From NCBI GenBank assembly GCA_022616555.1, contig JAKEEG010000075.1:59451-123450 (forward strand): a DNA stretch of 64,000 bases, in the 5' to 3' direction. The stretch is from Ignavibacteriota bacterium. GTDB taxonomy: Bacteria; Bacteroidota; Ignavibacteria; UBA10030. The notes beneath the pieces are model-generated. The model was not told the origin of the DNA, ran no database searches, and saw only the letters and a list, made by a program, of their open reading frames with translations. Position numbers and translations under genes: made by a program. This document shows, one piece after another, positions 9,910 to 20,021 of the stretch (its first letter is position 1; every line of letters begins with the position of its first letter).

Positions 9910-10509
9910 TTGCCAATGAGAATGTTACGCTCCATACTAAAGGGATTAGCGCGCTCCTCTGTCTTGCTCAGTTGCATGCTTTTCTCGGTGCACGCGCAGG
10001 AGATGCCAGTTCCGGTGAACATTCAAGTTTCCCTCTTTGGGAGGATACTCTCTTTTGACCGTTCATTTGAAAACCGAGCAGGCGAAGAAATCGTCGTAGG
10101 GATTCTCTACCAGCGAACATTCCGGCCCTCTTTTAATGCTCAAGAGAACGTGATCAACTTGTTTCTCGAGCCAAACGCATTCAGCATCAAGGGGAAAAGC
10201 ACGCGAGTCGTCGCCATCGACATTTCGGGCGGTCCAAATGAAGAAACGAAAGCAATGCTCGAAGGCGTTGATGTCCTTTATATCACTCCGCTCCGTGCTA
10301 TCGATATTTCTTCAATTGTTGCCCAGACCCGTGCGAAGCGGATACGGAGTCTTACCGGCGTTCCTGAGTACGTCGATGCAGGCGTAGCGGTTGGAGTCAG
10401 TATGAGAGGAGAACGCCCCGAGATCTTGATCAACCTCACAGCAGCAAAATTAGAGGGAGCGGATTTCTCTTCTCAACTGTTGAAATTAGCAAAGGTTATT
10501 CAGCCGTAA
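9910..10509 (+). CDS. YfiR/DUF4154-family periplasmic protein
   Basis: C-terminal INLTAAKLEGADFSSQLLKLAKVI is typical of the YfiR family. Signal peptide. Lies between the TBDR and a HAMP sensor. Confidence 0.8.
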   Translation: MPMRMLRSILKGLARSSVLLSCMLFSVHAQEMPVPVNIQVSLFGRILSFDRSFENRAGEEIVVGILYQRTFRPSFNAQENVINLFLEPNAFSIKGKSTRVVAIDISGGPNEETKAMLEGVDVLYITPLRAIDISSIVAQTRAKRIRSLTGVPEYVDAGVAVGVSMRGERPEILINLTAAKLEGADFSSQLLKLAKVIQP

Positions 10510-10523
10510 GTCTTTAAAAACTG

Positions 10524-12869
10524 ATGACCACATCACAAAAAATAGGGTTCCGCCTCCGTTCGTCCCGGATCGGCACGAAGATTGCTGTACCTTTCTCGCT
10601 GCTGATTGCGCTTATTGCTGCATTTGTGTATTTCTATCTGGCGCCCCGGTGGGAAGAGCAAAAGCTCGAAGCGTTCGAGAGTAAAGTCCGCACCATCGCC
10701 AACATCGCTGCGTACACTCTCAGCCCCGCCCTCGTGTTCGAAGACAGTGTGGGCATTCACGAGTCGCTCCTCAGTGTGCAACAGGAGAAAGACGTGGTGT
10801 TTCTCGCCGTCTATAACGCATCAGGAAAAATGCTCGATGGGCACAATGTCCAAGCCATGGATACCCTGCATCCGAATTCCACTTTACCCGGAAGTCACAT
10901 TATTAACGACGGTGCAATTTTTTGCTTTTCAACGCCTATTAGGGATCGTGACGTAGAAATCGGACAGCTCACGCTCGGGCTTTCCTTAAAAGATGTACAG
11001 GATGAAATCTTCGCGACTCAGCAAGCGTTCGCAGCGACCAGCATCTTAATTCTTCTCGTCGGTCTTATTGCTGTCGTGATGATTAACCGCGCGGTAGCAA
11101 AGCCTCTAGCCGAAATGGTGCGTACGGTTGAATCAATTGCAGGTGGCAACCTCGACCATCGCGCGCCGGTACTTGCGCATGATGAGGTCGGCAATCTCGC
11201 GAAATCGTTCAACATGATGGTCGACCGCTTACAGGCTGCTTACAATGAGCTTGAAGATGTCAACCGCAGCTTGGAACACCGCGTGCAAGACCGCACGCGC
11301 GCGCTTCAACTCGAAATTAATGAACGCATACGCTCCGAAGGCGCTCTGCGAAAAAGTGAAGAACGGTACCGCAAATTCTTCGAAGACGACCTCACGGGAG
11401 ATTTCATCGCAACACCGGAGGGTATCTTGTTGGATTGCAATGCGGCATTTGCGCGAATGTTCGGCTTCGCCTCTGCTCACGACGCACTGGACAATAAGCT
11501 GGAGACATTCTTCCTGGAGCCATCGTCGTTCATTTCCTTGCTGGACGAGCTGCGGAAAGAGAAAAAGCTTGAGTATCGCGAAGACGTGATGGTTACGCGC
11601 GACCGCGAGCTTGTGCACGTTGTACATAACATCGTGGGGTCGTTTAATGAACGGGGTGAGCTGACAGCATTCCGTGGCTACCTGTTCGACGATACAAAAC
11701 GAAAACTGCTAGAACAGCAGCTTCTCCAGGCACAGAAAATGGAAAGCATTGGCGTGCTCGCCGGTGGAATAGCCCACGACTTCAACAACATTCTCGGTAT
11801 CATTCTCGGTTTTGCGCATCATGCCAACAGCACGGAGAAAAAATCCCCCGAGCTTTCGCACATACTTAGCTCGATTATCAGCGCGAGCGAACGCGGCGCA
11901 GGGCTTGTCCGCCAGTTGCTGACGTTCGCCCGGCAGGCGGATATTCAGGTCGAGACCGTCCAAATCGAGCCGGTCGTCGAAGAGTTGGTGACGATGTGCC
12001 GGGAGACATTCCCACGAACCGTCCGCATCCTGACTGAGCTTGCCGTCGGCTTGCCCAGCATCAATGCCGACCCGAATCAAATGCATCAGTTGTTTCTTAA
12101 TCTGCTCCTGAATGCGCGCGACGCAATGCCGAACGGCGGCACTATTACCATCAAAGCCCACTTGCTGACCGGCGAGGAGCTGCGCACCACAGTTACGGAA
12201 GCAAAAGAAGAGCACTATATCCATCTCTCGATCAGCGACACCGGCTCCGGCATGAGCCGGGCAACGCGTGAGCGAATCTTCGAGCCGTTCTTCACAACGA
12301 AAGAGCGCAATAAAGGGACGGGGCTTGGCCTCTCGGTCGTTTACGGTATCGTGAACTCGCACAGAGGTTTTATCGACGTGGAAAGCGAGCAGGGCGTCGG
12401 GACAACCTTCCATATTCACCTTCCCGCACGTGTGCAACAGAAGGAAATCCCGGTCGTTGTCACTGAAGAAGGGTCTCACAATATCGGGGGAACGGAGACA
12501 ATCCTCATCGTCGAAGACGAAGAAATGCTTCGAGACCTCCTCAAAACATTCCTCGAAGCGGAGGGCTACACCGTTCTAACGGCTGTTGATGGCGAAGACG
12601 GCGTGAAAACGTTCGCAAAGCACAAAGAACAGATCGCTCTCGTCCTCTCCGACATGGGCTTGCCCAAGCTCGGCGGATGGGAAGCGTTCCAGCAGATGAA
12701 ACTCTTAAAACCGAGCATCCGTGCCGTTCTCGCCAGCGGGTATTTCGACCTTCACTTAAAAGCTGAAATGGTAAAAGCCGGCGCGAAGGACTTCGTTCAG
12801 AAACCCTACGTTCCAAAGAAAATTTTACGTACAATCAGAATGGCGATTGACGATAACGCCTCGGTCTAG
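10524..12869 (+). CDS. Hybrid sensor histidine kinase (2 TM, periplasmic sensor, HAMP, PAS, HisKA, HATPase, REC)
   Basis: [13 protein letters not shown] (HAMP), [11 protein letters not shown] (H box), [30 protein letters not shown], and a REC domain ILIVEDE...DMGLP. Confidence 0.95.
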   Translation: MTTSQKIGFRLRSSRIGTKIAVPFSLLIALIAAFVYFYLAPRWEEQKLEAFESKVRTIANIAAYTLSPALVFEDSVGIHESLLSVQQEKDVVFLAVYNASGKMLDGHNVQAMDTLHPNSTLPGSHIINDGAIFCFSTPIRDRDVEIGQLTLGLSLKDVQDEIFATQQAFAATSILILLVGLIAVVMINRAVAKPLAEMVRTVESIAGGNLDHRAPVLAHDEVGNLAKSFNMMVDRLQAAYNELEDVNRSLEHRVQDRTRALQLEINERIRSEGALRKSEERYRKFFEDDLTGDFIATPEGILLDCNAAFARMFGFASAHDALDNKLETFFLEPSSFISLLDELRKEKKLEYREDVMVTRDRELVHVVHNIVGSFNERGELTAFRGYLFDDTKRKLLEQQLLQAQKMESIGVLAGGIAHDFNNILGIILGFAHHANSTEKKSPELSHILSSIISASERGAGLVRQLLTFARQADIQVETVQIEPVVEELVTMCRETFPRTVRILTELAVGLPSINADPNQMHQLFLNLLLNARDAMPNGGTITIKAHLLTGEELRTTVTEAKEEHYIHLSISDTGSGMSRATRERIFEPFFTTKERNKGTGLGLSVVYGIVNSHRGFIDVESEQGVGTTFHIHLPARVQQKEIPVVVTEEGSHNIGGTETILIVEDEEMLRDLLKTFLEAEGYTVLTAVDGEDGVKTFAKHKEQIALVLSDMGLPKLGGWEAFQQMKLLKPSIRAVLASGYFDLHLKAEMVKAGAKDFVQKPYVPKKILRTIRMAIDDNASV

Positions 12870-12956
12870 CGACATGCTCGTTCAGTAGAGTTCTCCCCAC
12901 TGTTGCACCTTCTCTGAAGCCTTGCTTTTCTTCTTCTTCTTGCCAATCTTTTAGGA

Positions 12957-13400
12957 ATGAGAAAACAAGCCAGCTTCTTTCTAAGTATCTGTGTGTTCGT
13001 CATTGCGCCGGCTGTGAACTTTTCCGCCTGCAGCCTTTCGCGGTTTGAAACCGGGGATGCAGCAGCGTCAAGCGACCTGTGGATCCGGGAAGAAATCATT
13101 TTCGGGACCGATATACCAGACGGCGGAACCGTGAGCGACAACGACTGGCAACAATTTCTGGGTGAGATTGTCACTCCGCGCTTTCCCAACGGCTTTTCTA
13201 TCCTCAGCGCACATGGACAATATCTCATGCAAGACGGAACGATTGTCCGCGAAAAGAGCTGGATACTGATACTCTACTTACCTGCACATGGCATTGAAAC
13301 GAATAAGGCAATCGATGAAATCATCTCGTCGTACAAACAACGTTTCAAACAGGAATCTGTGCTACGTTCGACAAGCCCGGCTCGAGTACAGTTTAAATAG
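12957..13400 (+). CDS. DUF3574-family exported/lipoprotein
   Basis: FGTDIPDGGTVS..WQQFL..IVTPRFPNGFSI...GQY...YKQRFKQESVLR is characteristic of DUF3574. Confidence 0.8.
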   Translation: MRKQASFFLSICVFVIAPAVNFSACSLSRFETGDAAASSDLWIREEIIFGTDIPDGGTVSDNDWQQFLGEIVTPRFPNGFSILSAHGQYLMQDGTIVREKSWILILYLPAHGIETNKAIDEIISSYKQRFKQESVLRSTSPARVQFK

Positions 13401-13451
13401 AACATAGCTCTAAAATGAAATCAACGCCACTTTACACTGCGAAAACTTACT

Positions 13452-13490
13452 CCCCGTCCCCCTATCAGGGGAACCTACCTGCCGGCAGGC
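13452..13490. repeat. Short palindromic intergenic elements (TCCCCCT-ATC-AGGGGA plus CCTGCCGGCAGG)
   Basis: Visible inverted repeats. A related GTCCCCCT-GTT-AGGGGGAC occurs at about 36234-36252. Confidence 0.5.
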
Positions 13491-13562
13491 TGGCGCGATG
13501 TTTTCTGTCGCAGGGGGTTTGTCTCTTAAAGTTAGTTTAGGTTTTCGACATAGGACTAATAT

Positions 13563-14693
13563 TTGGCAATGAAGGAACTTCAAGACATCCTTTCCACTTG
13601 CGAAACACTAAAGCTCACCGGTAAGCAGGCAGCACTGGCAACCATCATGAAGACGCAGGGCTCAACCTACCGCCGAGCCGGAGCGAGAATGCTCGTCACC
13701 GATACCGGAACAACCATCGGCACGGTAAGCGGCGGATGTCTTGAAACCGACATCGCAGAAAAATGTAAGCAAGTCTTCGCCTCGGGTGAGCCGATCATAG
13801 CAGTATACGATATGACCACCGATGAAGACGCCGCGTGGGGACTTAACCAAGGCTGCAACGGCGTCATCCATCTGCTCTTGGAACCACTTAAAGAAAAAGA
13901 TTCTCATTTGGATTTTCTTACTACCTGCCTGAACACACGAACGCCCGGAGCTATAGCAACCGTATTTCGCGTCGAGGGTGAGTTAAAAGCGTACGTCGGG
14001 ACTCGCGTTCTCCTCAACGAAAACGGTAGTGTGCAGGAAAATATCCAAAACCCTGTTCTCTCGGCTGCACTTCTAGAAGATTGTCAGTCTGCTTTACGCG
14101 ATGGCAAATCGCGTGCGAAAGAATACCGGTTCACGGAAGGCGTCGTTGAAGCGTTAATCGAAGCCGTTCAACCACCTGTCCCTCTCTTCATTTTTGGCGG
14201 CGGGTATGACGCGATTCCGGTTTCTCGTTTTGCAAAGGAGCTCGGATGGGAAGTTACTCTTGTGGATCACCGCCCAGCGTTCGCGTCAAAGGAACGCTTT
14301 CCGTCTGCGGATTCGGTTATTCTTGCCCGTCCGGAAGAGGTTGCCGCGAAAATTACCATCGACAGGCACTCGGTAGCCGTTATCATGACGCACAATTTTG
14401 GCCACGATCTTGAGCTGCTCAAGGTTTTGCTTCCCTCTTCTGCTCGATATGTCGGTTTGCTCGGTCCCTCGATGAGAACAGAACGTTTACTCAAGAACCT
14501 CCACCACAGCGGCTACACTCCGGCCGAAAGCGAACTCGCGCGCCTCCACGCCCCAATCGGCATCGATATTGGCGCTGACTCTCCTGAGGAAATCGCTCTC
14601 GCCATACTCGCAGAAATTCAGGCAGTATTGACAAAACGAGGCGGCGGATTTCTCAAGGACTCTTCTTCCCCGATCCATAGTCCTACAAAATAG
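13563..14693 (+). CDS. xdhC: XdhC/CoxI family molybdenum cofactor insertion chaperone
   Basis: GSTYRRAGARM, GTVSGGCLE, GCNG, IFGGGYDA, MTHNF, YVGLLG, HAPIGIDIGADSPEEIALAILAEI. Confidence 0.92.
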   Translation: MAMKELQDILSTCETLKLTGKQAALATIMKTQGSTYRRAGARMLVTDTGTTIGTVSGGCLETDIAEKCKQVFASGEPIIAVYDMTTDEDAAWGLNQGCNGVIHLLLEPLKEKDSHLDFLTTCLNTRTPGAIATVFRVEGELKAYVGTRVLLNENGSVQENIQNPVLSAALLEDCQSALRDGKSRAKEYRFTEGVVEALIEAVQPPVPLFIFGGGYDAIPVSRFAKELGWEVTLVDHRPAFASKERFPSADSVILARPEEVAAKITIDRHSVAVIMTHNFGHDLELLKVLLPSSARYVGLLGPSMRTERLLKNLHHSGYTPAESELARLHAPIGIDIGADSPEEIALAILAEIQAVLTKRGGGFLKDSSSPIHSPTK

Positions 14694-14711
14694 TTTCCAC
14701 ACTTTTTTCAC

Positions 14712-14740
14712 TTGCCGTTTCAAACTTCAGCGTGTATATT
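14712..14740 (+). promoter_or_regulatory. Sigma70-type promoter
   Basis: TTGCCG-N17-TATATT upstream of the cytochrome gene. Confidence 0.6.
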
Positions 14741-14807
14741 TGTCCCCCGAAGAATCTCCCCCACACAGTTGTCATCAATAAGTTTAGATAAGAAGGAGTC
14801 GAACTAT

Positions 14808-16055
14808 ATGAAACGCGTCCTCAAGGTACTCGGCTGGCTTGTGGGTATCGTCATTGTGCTCATTGGCGGACTCGTGGTATTTATTAACGCAACGTGGGAC
14901 AACCCACACGAGCGTGCCGCCTCCACGCGAATGGCATCGATGGATTCGGCAACCATCTCGCGTGGTGAATTCCTCTTTAAGTACGGCAATACGTGCTGGG
15001 GGTGCCATTCTGCTACCCCGCATCCCGACGCTCCGCCGAGCGGAGGAAGGCCGTTTGATTTGACAAACGTCGGGCCAGGCTTCGGGATGTTCTACACACC
15101 AAACATCACACCGGACAATGAAACCGGCATTGGCAGCTGGACAGATGGTGAAATTGTTCGCGCAATTCGCGAGGGCATTCGCCACGATGGAAAACCCTTG
15201 TTCCCCCTTATGCCGATGGCAACGCTGAAAGGGCTTTCCGATGACGACGTGTTCGCCATTGTATCATACCTCCGCAGTATTCCACCGGTAAACAATAAAG
15301 TAACGCCGCATGATATCCGCTTCCCGACAAAAATGCTTTTTGCGCTCGGCGTTGTCGGTCCCGAGCCGCCGATCACTGAGCCTATCCCGACCCCCGCGCG
15401 CAGCGTCACTCCCGAATACGGCCAGTATCTCGCAAAGCACGCCGCACTGTGCTCGGATTGCCATACCCCGCGTAATCTGAACGACGGGTCATTTTACTTT
15501 GACAGTCTCTTCGCCGGAAGTTCAATCAGTTTCGGACAGATAGAAGGCGACCCGATCTGGGCATATGCGACAAACATTACTCCTGATGCGGAAACGGGGA
15601 TTGGCAATTGGACAGAAGAACAATTTCTGCTTGCCGTGCGAACGGGCACACGGCCGGACGGACGCGTGCTCGTCACCCACATGCCCTATGCCGAGTACGG
15701 TCTTTGGGATGAAGACGACCTGCGCGCAATTTATCTTTACTTGAAATCCGTACCGCCAATCAAACGTACCGCTCCGCCTGTGCATCAAACTGAACAGATC
15801 ACACAAAACAGTGGCATCGAGAGAGGTAAAGCCATTTTCTCAATGCGATGCCGGGCGTGTCATGGCGAAAACGGAACAGGAGCCCCAGCAACAAATGCCA
15901 AAATGTCGGAGCTGGCGCCCACTATTGATGATAAGACGCTGAAGGAATTCATCAGCGCCGGGCAAGTCAGCTTACGAATGCCCGGGTTTGGAAAGACTCT
16001 CTCAGATGAAGAGATGAACGACGTGATCGCATTCATCCGTTCGTGGCAGCAATAG
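14808..16055 (+). CDS. Membrane-anchored trihaem c-type cytochrome
   Basis: Three CxxCH motifs (CWGCH, CSDCH, CRACH) and duplicated NITPDxETGIGxWT. N-terminal TM helix. ATG follows AAGGAG. Confidence 0.9.
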   Translation: MKRVLKVLGWLVGIVIVLIGGLVVFINATWDNPHERAASTRMASMDSATISRGEFLFKYGNTCWGCHSATPHPDAPPSGGRPFDLTNVGPGFGMFYTPNITPDNETGIGSWTDGEIVRAIREGIRHDGKPLFPLMPMATLKGLSDDDVFAIVSYLRSIPPVNNKVTPHDIRFPTKMLFALGVVGPEPPITEPIPTPARSVTPEYGQYLAKHAALCSDCHTPRNLNDGSFYFDSLFAGSSISFGQIEGDPIWAYATNITPDAETGIGNWTEEQFLLAVRTGTRPDGRVLVTHMPYAEYGLWDEDDLRAIYLYLKSVPPIKRTAPPVHQTEQITQNSGIERGKAIFSMRCRACHGENGTGAPATNAKMSELAPTIDDKTLKEFISAGQVSLRMPGFGKTLSDEEMNDVIAFIRSWQQ

Positions 16056-16073
16056 TATTTGTCCTGAGTATAC

Positions 16074-16108
16074 CCCCCGTATCAGTTGTGCGATACGGGG
16101 GATTTTTT
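16074..16108 (+). terminator. Rho-independent terminator
   Basis: CCCCCGTATC-loop-GATACGGGGG followed by a T-tract. Confidence 0.85.
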
Positions 16109-16134
16109 ATGCGCCAGATAATCGGCTTTTTCCC

Positions 16135-16163
16135 TTGCCGTTCGAGCAATCCACCCGTACATT
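16135..16163 (+). promoter_or_regulatory. Sigma70-type promoter of pepF
   Basis: TTGCCG-N17-TACATT. Confidence 0.6.
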
Positions 16164-16264
16164 CTTCTTAAATATCTAACTAACTGAAACACTCTATGCC
16201 TAGTTCCGTAAACTTAAGACAGCCATTGAACGAATTCACTTACCATTCAGACGAAGGGGGATTC

Positions 16265-18151
16265 ATGCACCCGTTGACGACTATTTCACTCTCTATTCTC
16301 GCCTTTTCAATAGTAGAAGGGCAAACGGCGTTTGCACAGGACCAGGACAGGAGTAAAATTTCTGATAAGTACAAATGGGACCTCACACACATTTTTAAAT
16401 CTGACGATGAATGGAAAGCGGCACGCGAAAAGCTCGTTGCCGGAATCCCTAACATCGAGCAATACAAAGGAAAGCTCGGTTCCTCTTCGCAACAACTGCT
16501 CGGCTGCCTTGAGCTCACCACAAACATGACAAAGGAATTCTACCGGCTCTATAGTTATGCGAGTATGAATTCCGACCAAGATACGCGCGACTCCAAATAC
16601 CTCGGCATGCAGCAGGAGATGAGCCAAATCGGCTCAAACTTTAGCGCGGCTGCGGCGTTCATCGAACCGGAGATCCTCAAGATTGAGCGCTCGACCATCG
16701 ACGGCTTCCTGAAAAGCGAGCCGAAACTCGGTATCTACAAGCATTACCTCGACGACATCCTGCGACGCAAGGCGCACACAGGCACAGAGGGCGAAGAAAA
16801 AATCATCGCGGACGCCAGCCTGATGGCGGGCGGAGCCCAAAATATTTATAGCATCTTCTCCGATGCTGATTTCCCATTCGCAGAAGTCACACTCAGCGAC
16901 GGGAAAGCCGTCAAACTCTCGAAGGCGAATTTCAGCCTGCACCGCGCATCGACCAATCGCGATGACCGCAAAAAAGTCTTCGCCGCATTCTTCGGCAAAC
17001 TTAATGACTACCGCCGGACATTTGGCACGCAATTGGACGCTGAGGTGAAAAAGAATATGTTCTACACCCGCGCGCGGAAATACAAAACTGCGCTCGAGAA
17101 CGCCTTGGACGCGAACAATATCCCTGTCGAAGTGTACCACAGCCTCGTCAAAAACGTTAATGCGAACATCGGGACATTCCACCGCTATCTGAATCTCCGG
17201 AAGCGCATCTTAGGCGTTAGCGAATTGCATTATTACGACCTGTATGCTCCACTCCTGAACGACGTGGATTTAAAATACTCTTATGACGATGGACAAAAGC
17301 TCGTCATTACCTCCCTCGACCCGCTCGGTAAAGACTACGTGGATGTCATACGTAAAGCATTTAACGACCGCTGGCTGGATGTATATCCGACCGAGGGCAA
17401 GCGCTCAGGAGCATACTCCAACGGTTCGGTGTACGACATTCACCCCTATATGCTGCTCAATTACAATGGCAAGTACGATGACGTGAGCACGTTAACGCAC
17501 GAGCTGGGACACACGATGCAGAGCTATCTCTCCAACAAAAATCAGCCGTTCGCGACCGCCAACTACCCGATCTTTGTGGCGGAAGTGGCGTCGACATTCA
17601 ACGAAGCATTGTTGATCGACTACATGCTCAAGACCATCAAAGACGACAATGTGCGGCTCTCGTTGCTCGGCAGCTTCCTCGAAAACATTAAAGGCACGGT
17701 CTTCCGTCAGACACAGTTTGCCGAGTTCGAGCTCCGCACACACGAGATGGCAGAGCGCGGCGAAGCATTAACAGGCGATGCGCTCAACGAACTCTACAAA
17801 GACATCGTCCGGAAGTATTATGGCCACGATAAAGGCGTGTGCATTGTTGATGACGAGATCAATGCCGAGTGGGCATATATTCCGCACTTCTATTATAATT
17901 TCTACGTCTATCAATACGCTACATCATTTACGGCATCAGCTGCGCTCTCGGAACAGGTGATTGCCGGCGATAAGACGGCGACGAAGAAGTACCTCGACTT
18001 CCTCTCTGCGGGCGGCTCGGATTATCCCATCGAACTGCTCAAGAAAGCCGGCGTCGATATGACAACCGACGCTCCGTTCGAGCTGACAATGAAAAAAATG
18101 AACCGCGTGATGGACGAGATGGAGAAGATTTTAGATAGAATGAAGAAATAA
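16265..18151 (+). CDS. pepF: Oligoendopeptidase F (M3B) with putative signal peptide
   Basis: YKWDLTHIF, KRSGAYS, HPYMLLNY, HELGHTMQS, FVAEVASTFNE, WAYIPHFYYNFYVYQYAT. Confidence 0.95.
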   Translation: MHPLTTISLSILAFSIVEGQTAFAQDQDRSKISDKYKWDLTHIFKSDDEWKAAREKLVAGIPNIEQYKGKLGSSSQQLLGCLELTTNMTKEFYRLYSYASMNSDQDTRDSKYLGMQQEMSQIGSNFSAAAAFIEPEILKIERSTIDGFLKSEPKLGIYKHYLDDILRRKAHTGTEGEEKIIADASLMAGGAQNIYSIFSDADFPFAEVTLSDGKAVKLSKANFSLHRASTNRDDRKKVFAAFFGKLNDYRRTFGTQLDAEVKKNMFYTRARKYKTALENALDANNIPVEVYHSLVKNVNANIGTFHRYLNLRKRILGVSELHYYDLYAPLLNDVDLKYSYDDGQKLVITSLDPLGKDYVDVIRKAFNDRWLDVYPTEGKRSGAYSNGSVYDIHPYMLLNYNGKYDDVSTLTHELGHTMQSYLSNKNQPFATANYPIFVAEVASTFNEALLIDYMLKTIKDDNVRLSLLGSFLENIKGTVFRQTQFAEFELRTHEMAERGEALTGDALNELYKDIVRKYYGHDKGVCIVDDEINAEWAYIPHFYYNFYVYQYATSFTASAALSEQVIAGDKTATKKYLDFLSAGGSDYPIELLKKAGVDMTTDAPFELTMKKMNRVMDEMEKILDRMKK

Positions 18152-18781
18152 ATGACAGACTGCAGGCGAGGATATACATCCTCGCCTGCTCGTTTTATGC
18201 CCCACCACATTGCCATCATACTCCTCGCCGCCGGCGGTTCTTCACGATTCGGCTCCCCGAAACAGCTTGCCCCATTCAAAGGAACGACACTCCTCCGCCA
18301 CATTACGCAGGTTGCGCTTCAATCGAACGCTGCATTCGTGTCCGTTGTCCTTGGTGCAGAAGTAGAGCGGATGAAAGCAGAATTGTCGGAACTACCGGTT
18401 CAATTCGTCGTCAACGCACAATGGCAAGATGGCATCGGTTTATCTATAGGCGAGGGAATTCGCAGTCTGCCGAAGGCAACTGACGCCGCCCTTATTCTGC
18501 TGGGCGACCAGCCGCTTATCACTGTTGAATTACTCAACTCCATTATCGAGAAATACATCACGACCGGTAAGCCGATTGTTGCGTCCGCATACTCGAATAC
18601 GCTCGGCGTCCCCGCTCTGTTTGCGCGGTCACTTTTTCCAGAGTTGCTTTTACTCCGAGACGACAAAGGCGCGAAAGCTGTAATCCATAATCATCATGAC
18701 GATGCTATACGCATAGTCTTTCCGGCTGGTTCTGTTGATATTGATTCTCCAGACGATTTACCTCAGACCGGCCCACAATGA
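18152..18781 (+). CDS. Molybdenum cofactor cytidylyltransferase-like nucleotidyltransferase (MocA family); start may be ATG 18197
   Basis: ILLAAGGSSRFGSPKQL, LGDQP, GVPALF, DKGAK, DIDSPDD. Confidence 0.88.
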   Translation: MTDCRRGYTSSPARFMPHHIAIILLAAGGSSRFGSPKQLAPFKGTTLLRHITQVALQSNAAFVSVVLGAEVERMKAELSELPVQFVVNAQWQDGIGLSIGEGIRSLPKATDAALILLGDQPLITVELLNSIIEKYITTGKPIVASAYSNTLGVPALFARSLFPELLLLRDDKGAKAVIHNHHDDAIRIVFPAGSVDIDSPDDLPQTGPQ

Positions 18782-18811
18782 CCAAATGGTTCAATGACTC
18801 AATAATTCAAT
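18776..18811. repeat. Degenerate 8-bp tandem repeat (CAATGACY)
   Basis: CAATGACC AAATGGTT CAATGACT CAATAATT CAAT. Confidence 0.5.
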
Positions 18812-18823
18812 CCCTTTCGCTCT

Positions 18824-18854
18824 CCGTTCGCCGGTACCCAACCACAACCCGCCG
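18824..18854 (+). promoter_or_regulatory. Putative LytTR-binding direct repeat
   Basis: CCGTTCGCCG and CAACCCGCCG at 21-bp period, upstream of a -10-like TATCTT and an operon encoding a LytTR regulator. Confidence 0.5.
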
Positions 18855-18929
18855 AAAAGCATGTAACATTTCCACAACTGCGCTGTATCTTGGAGTAGCA
18901 CATTACACTACTTCACTTCCGGAGGTGCT

Positions 18930-19307
18930 ATGAGCAGAGCAACAAAGCGCAAGATACGCAATGACATTGTCTTTGGAATTTTACTCTTCTTGTTCGGAAC
19001 ATTGATTTTGCTGGACAATGTCAATATTATCGAAGCGGGCTCAGTGTGGGGTTACTGGCCGCTGATCATGATTGTCATCGGCGTTAACAAAATTCTTAGT
19101 TCGGGAAGCCAGAAAGAAACCACTGAAGGCATCTGGCTCTTATTTCTCGGGCTTTGGTTCTTTGTCTCCATTCAGCATTTTTTTGGGTTAGGATTTTGGG
19201 ACACCTGGCCGATGTTGCTCATCGGGTGGGGTGTAAGCGAAATTTGGAAAGCCTTGCCGCAACGCTCTGAGAATACTCTCGCAAAGGAGAATCACAATGC
19301 AAACTAA
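18930..19307 (+). CDS. LiaF/DUF5668-like 4-TM membrane protein
   Basis: Two G-L-L-G...LL.N...WP.L.I.G repeats. GGAGGT SD. Confidence 0.8.
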   Translation: MSRATKRKIRNDIVFGILLFLFGTLILLDNVNIIEAGSVWGYWPLIMIVIGVNKILSSGSQKETTEGIWLLFLGLWFFVSIQHFFGLGFWDTWPMLLIGWGVSEIWKALPQRSENTLAKENHNAN

Positions 19308-20010
19308 ACCGAAATTTGGTTTCTCACCGCAACTGGTGATGGGACTCATTATCGTCATCATCGGCACGCTCTTCATGCTAGGGAACTTTGAAATTCTGGA
19401 GGCGCGCGAGTACCTGCGTTACTGGCCGGTGCTGTTGATTGCACTCGGTATATCCAAGCTGGTCTATAGTGAACACGGAGGGAAGCTGTTCGGATTTCTC
19501 CTGACCGTTGGCGGAGCGCTTCTCCTGCTTGACCGGCTCTACGTTATCGATTTTCGCTGGTCGCATTTCTGGCCGCTCATTCTCATCGGCTTCGGTGGCA
19601 GCATGCTCTGGAACGCCATGAAGCGCCGGACGGGTGGCGGCACATTGTTTGCCGGATGGAGCGAACCGAAAGAGACGAATTCCACAATCAGCCACATCGC
19701 GGTGATGGCGGGCATTGAGGGCAGCAATACGTCACAGGATTTTCGCGGCGGAGAGCTTACTGCCGTTATGGGTGGCATGGAAATAGACCTTCGTCAAGCG
19801 GTAATCAAAGACGGAGATGCAGTCATTGAAATTTTTGCCATGTGGGGAGGCATTGAATTGAGGGTGCCAAAAGAATGGACTGTTGTCATCGAAGGAGTGC
19901 CCATCATGGGAGCATTCGAAGACACCACGCAGCCTCCCAAAGGGGGGTCTACGCAACGGCTCATCATCAAGGGTACTGTCGTCATGGGCGGCGCAGAGAT
20001 TAAGAATTAA
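19297..20010 (+). CDS. LiaF-like protein (DUF5668 TM region plus DUF2154-type beta domain)
   Basis: WP repeats, then FRGGELTAVMGGMEIDLR...MWGGIELRVP...VMGGAEIKN. Confidence 0.85.
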   Translation: MQTKPKFGFSPQLVMGLIIVIIGTLFMLGNFEILEAREYLRYWPVLLIALGISKLVYSEHGGKLFGFLLTVGGALLLLDRLYVIDFRWSHFWPLILIGFGGSMLWNAMKRRTGGGTLFAGWSEPKETNSTISHIAVMAGIEGSNTSQDFRGGELTAVMGGMEIDLRQAVIKDGDAVIEIFAMWGGIELRVPKEWTVVIEGVPIMGAFEDTTQPPKGGSTQRLIIKGTVVMGGAEIKN

Positions 20011-20021
20011 CAAACTGTACA

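Noticed and set aside
13401-13562. Possible Moco riboswitch upstream of xdhC
   Set aside because: The hairpins match short palindromic repeats seen elsewhere in the window, and I could not identify the Moco RNA consensus.
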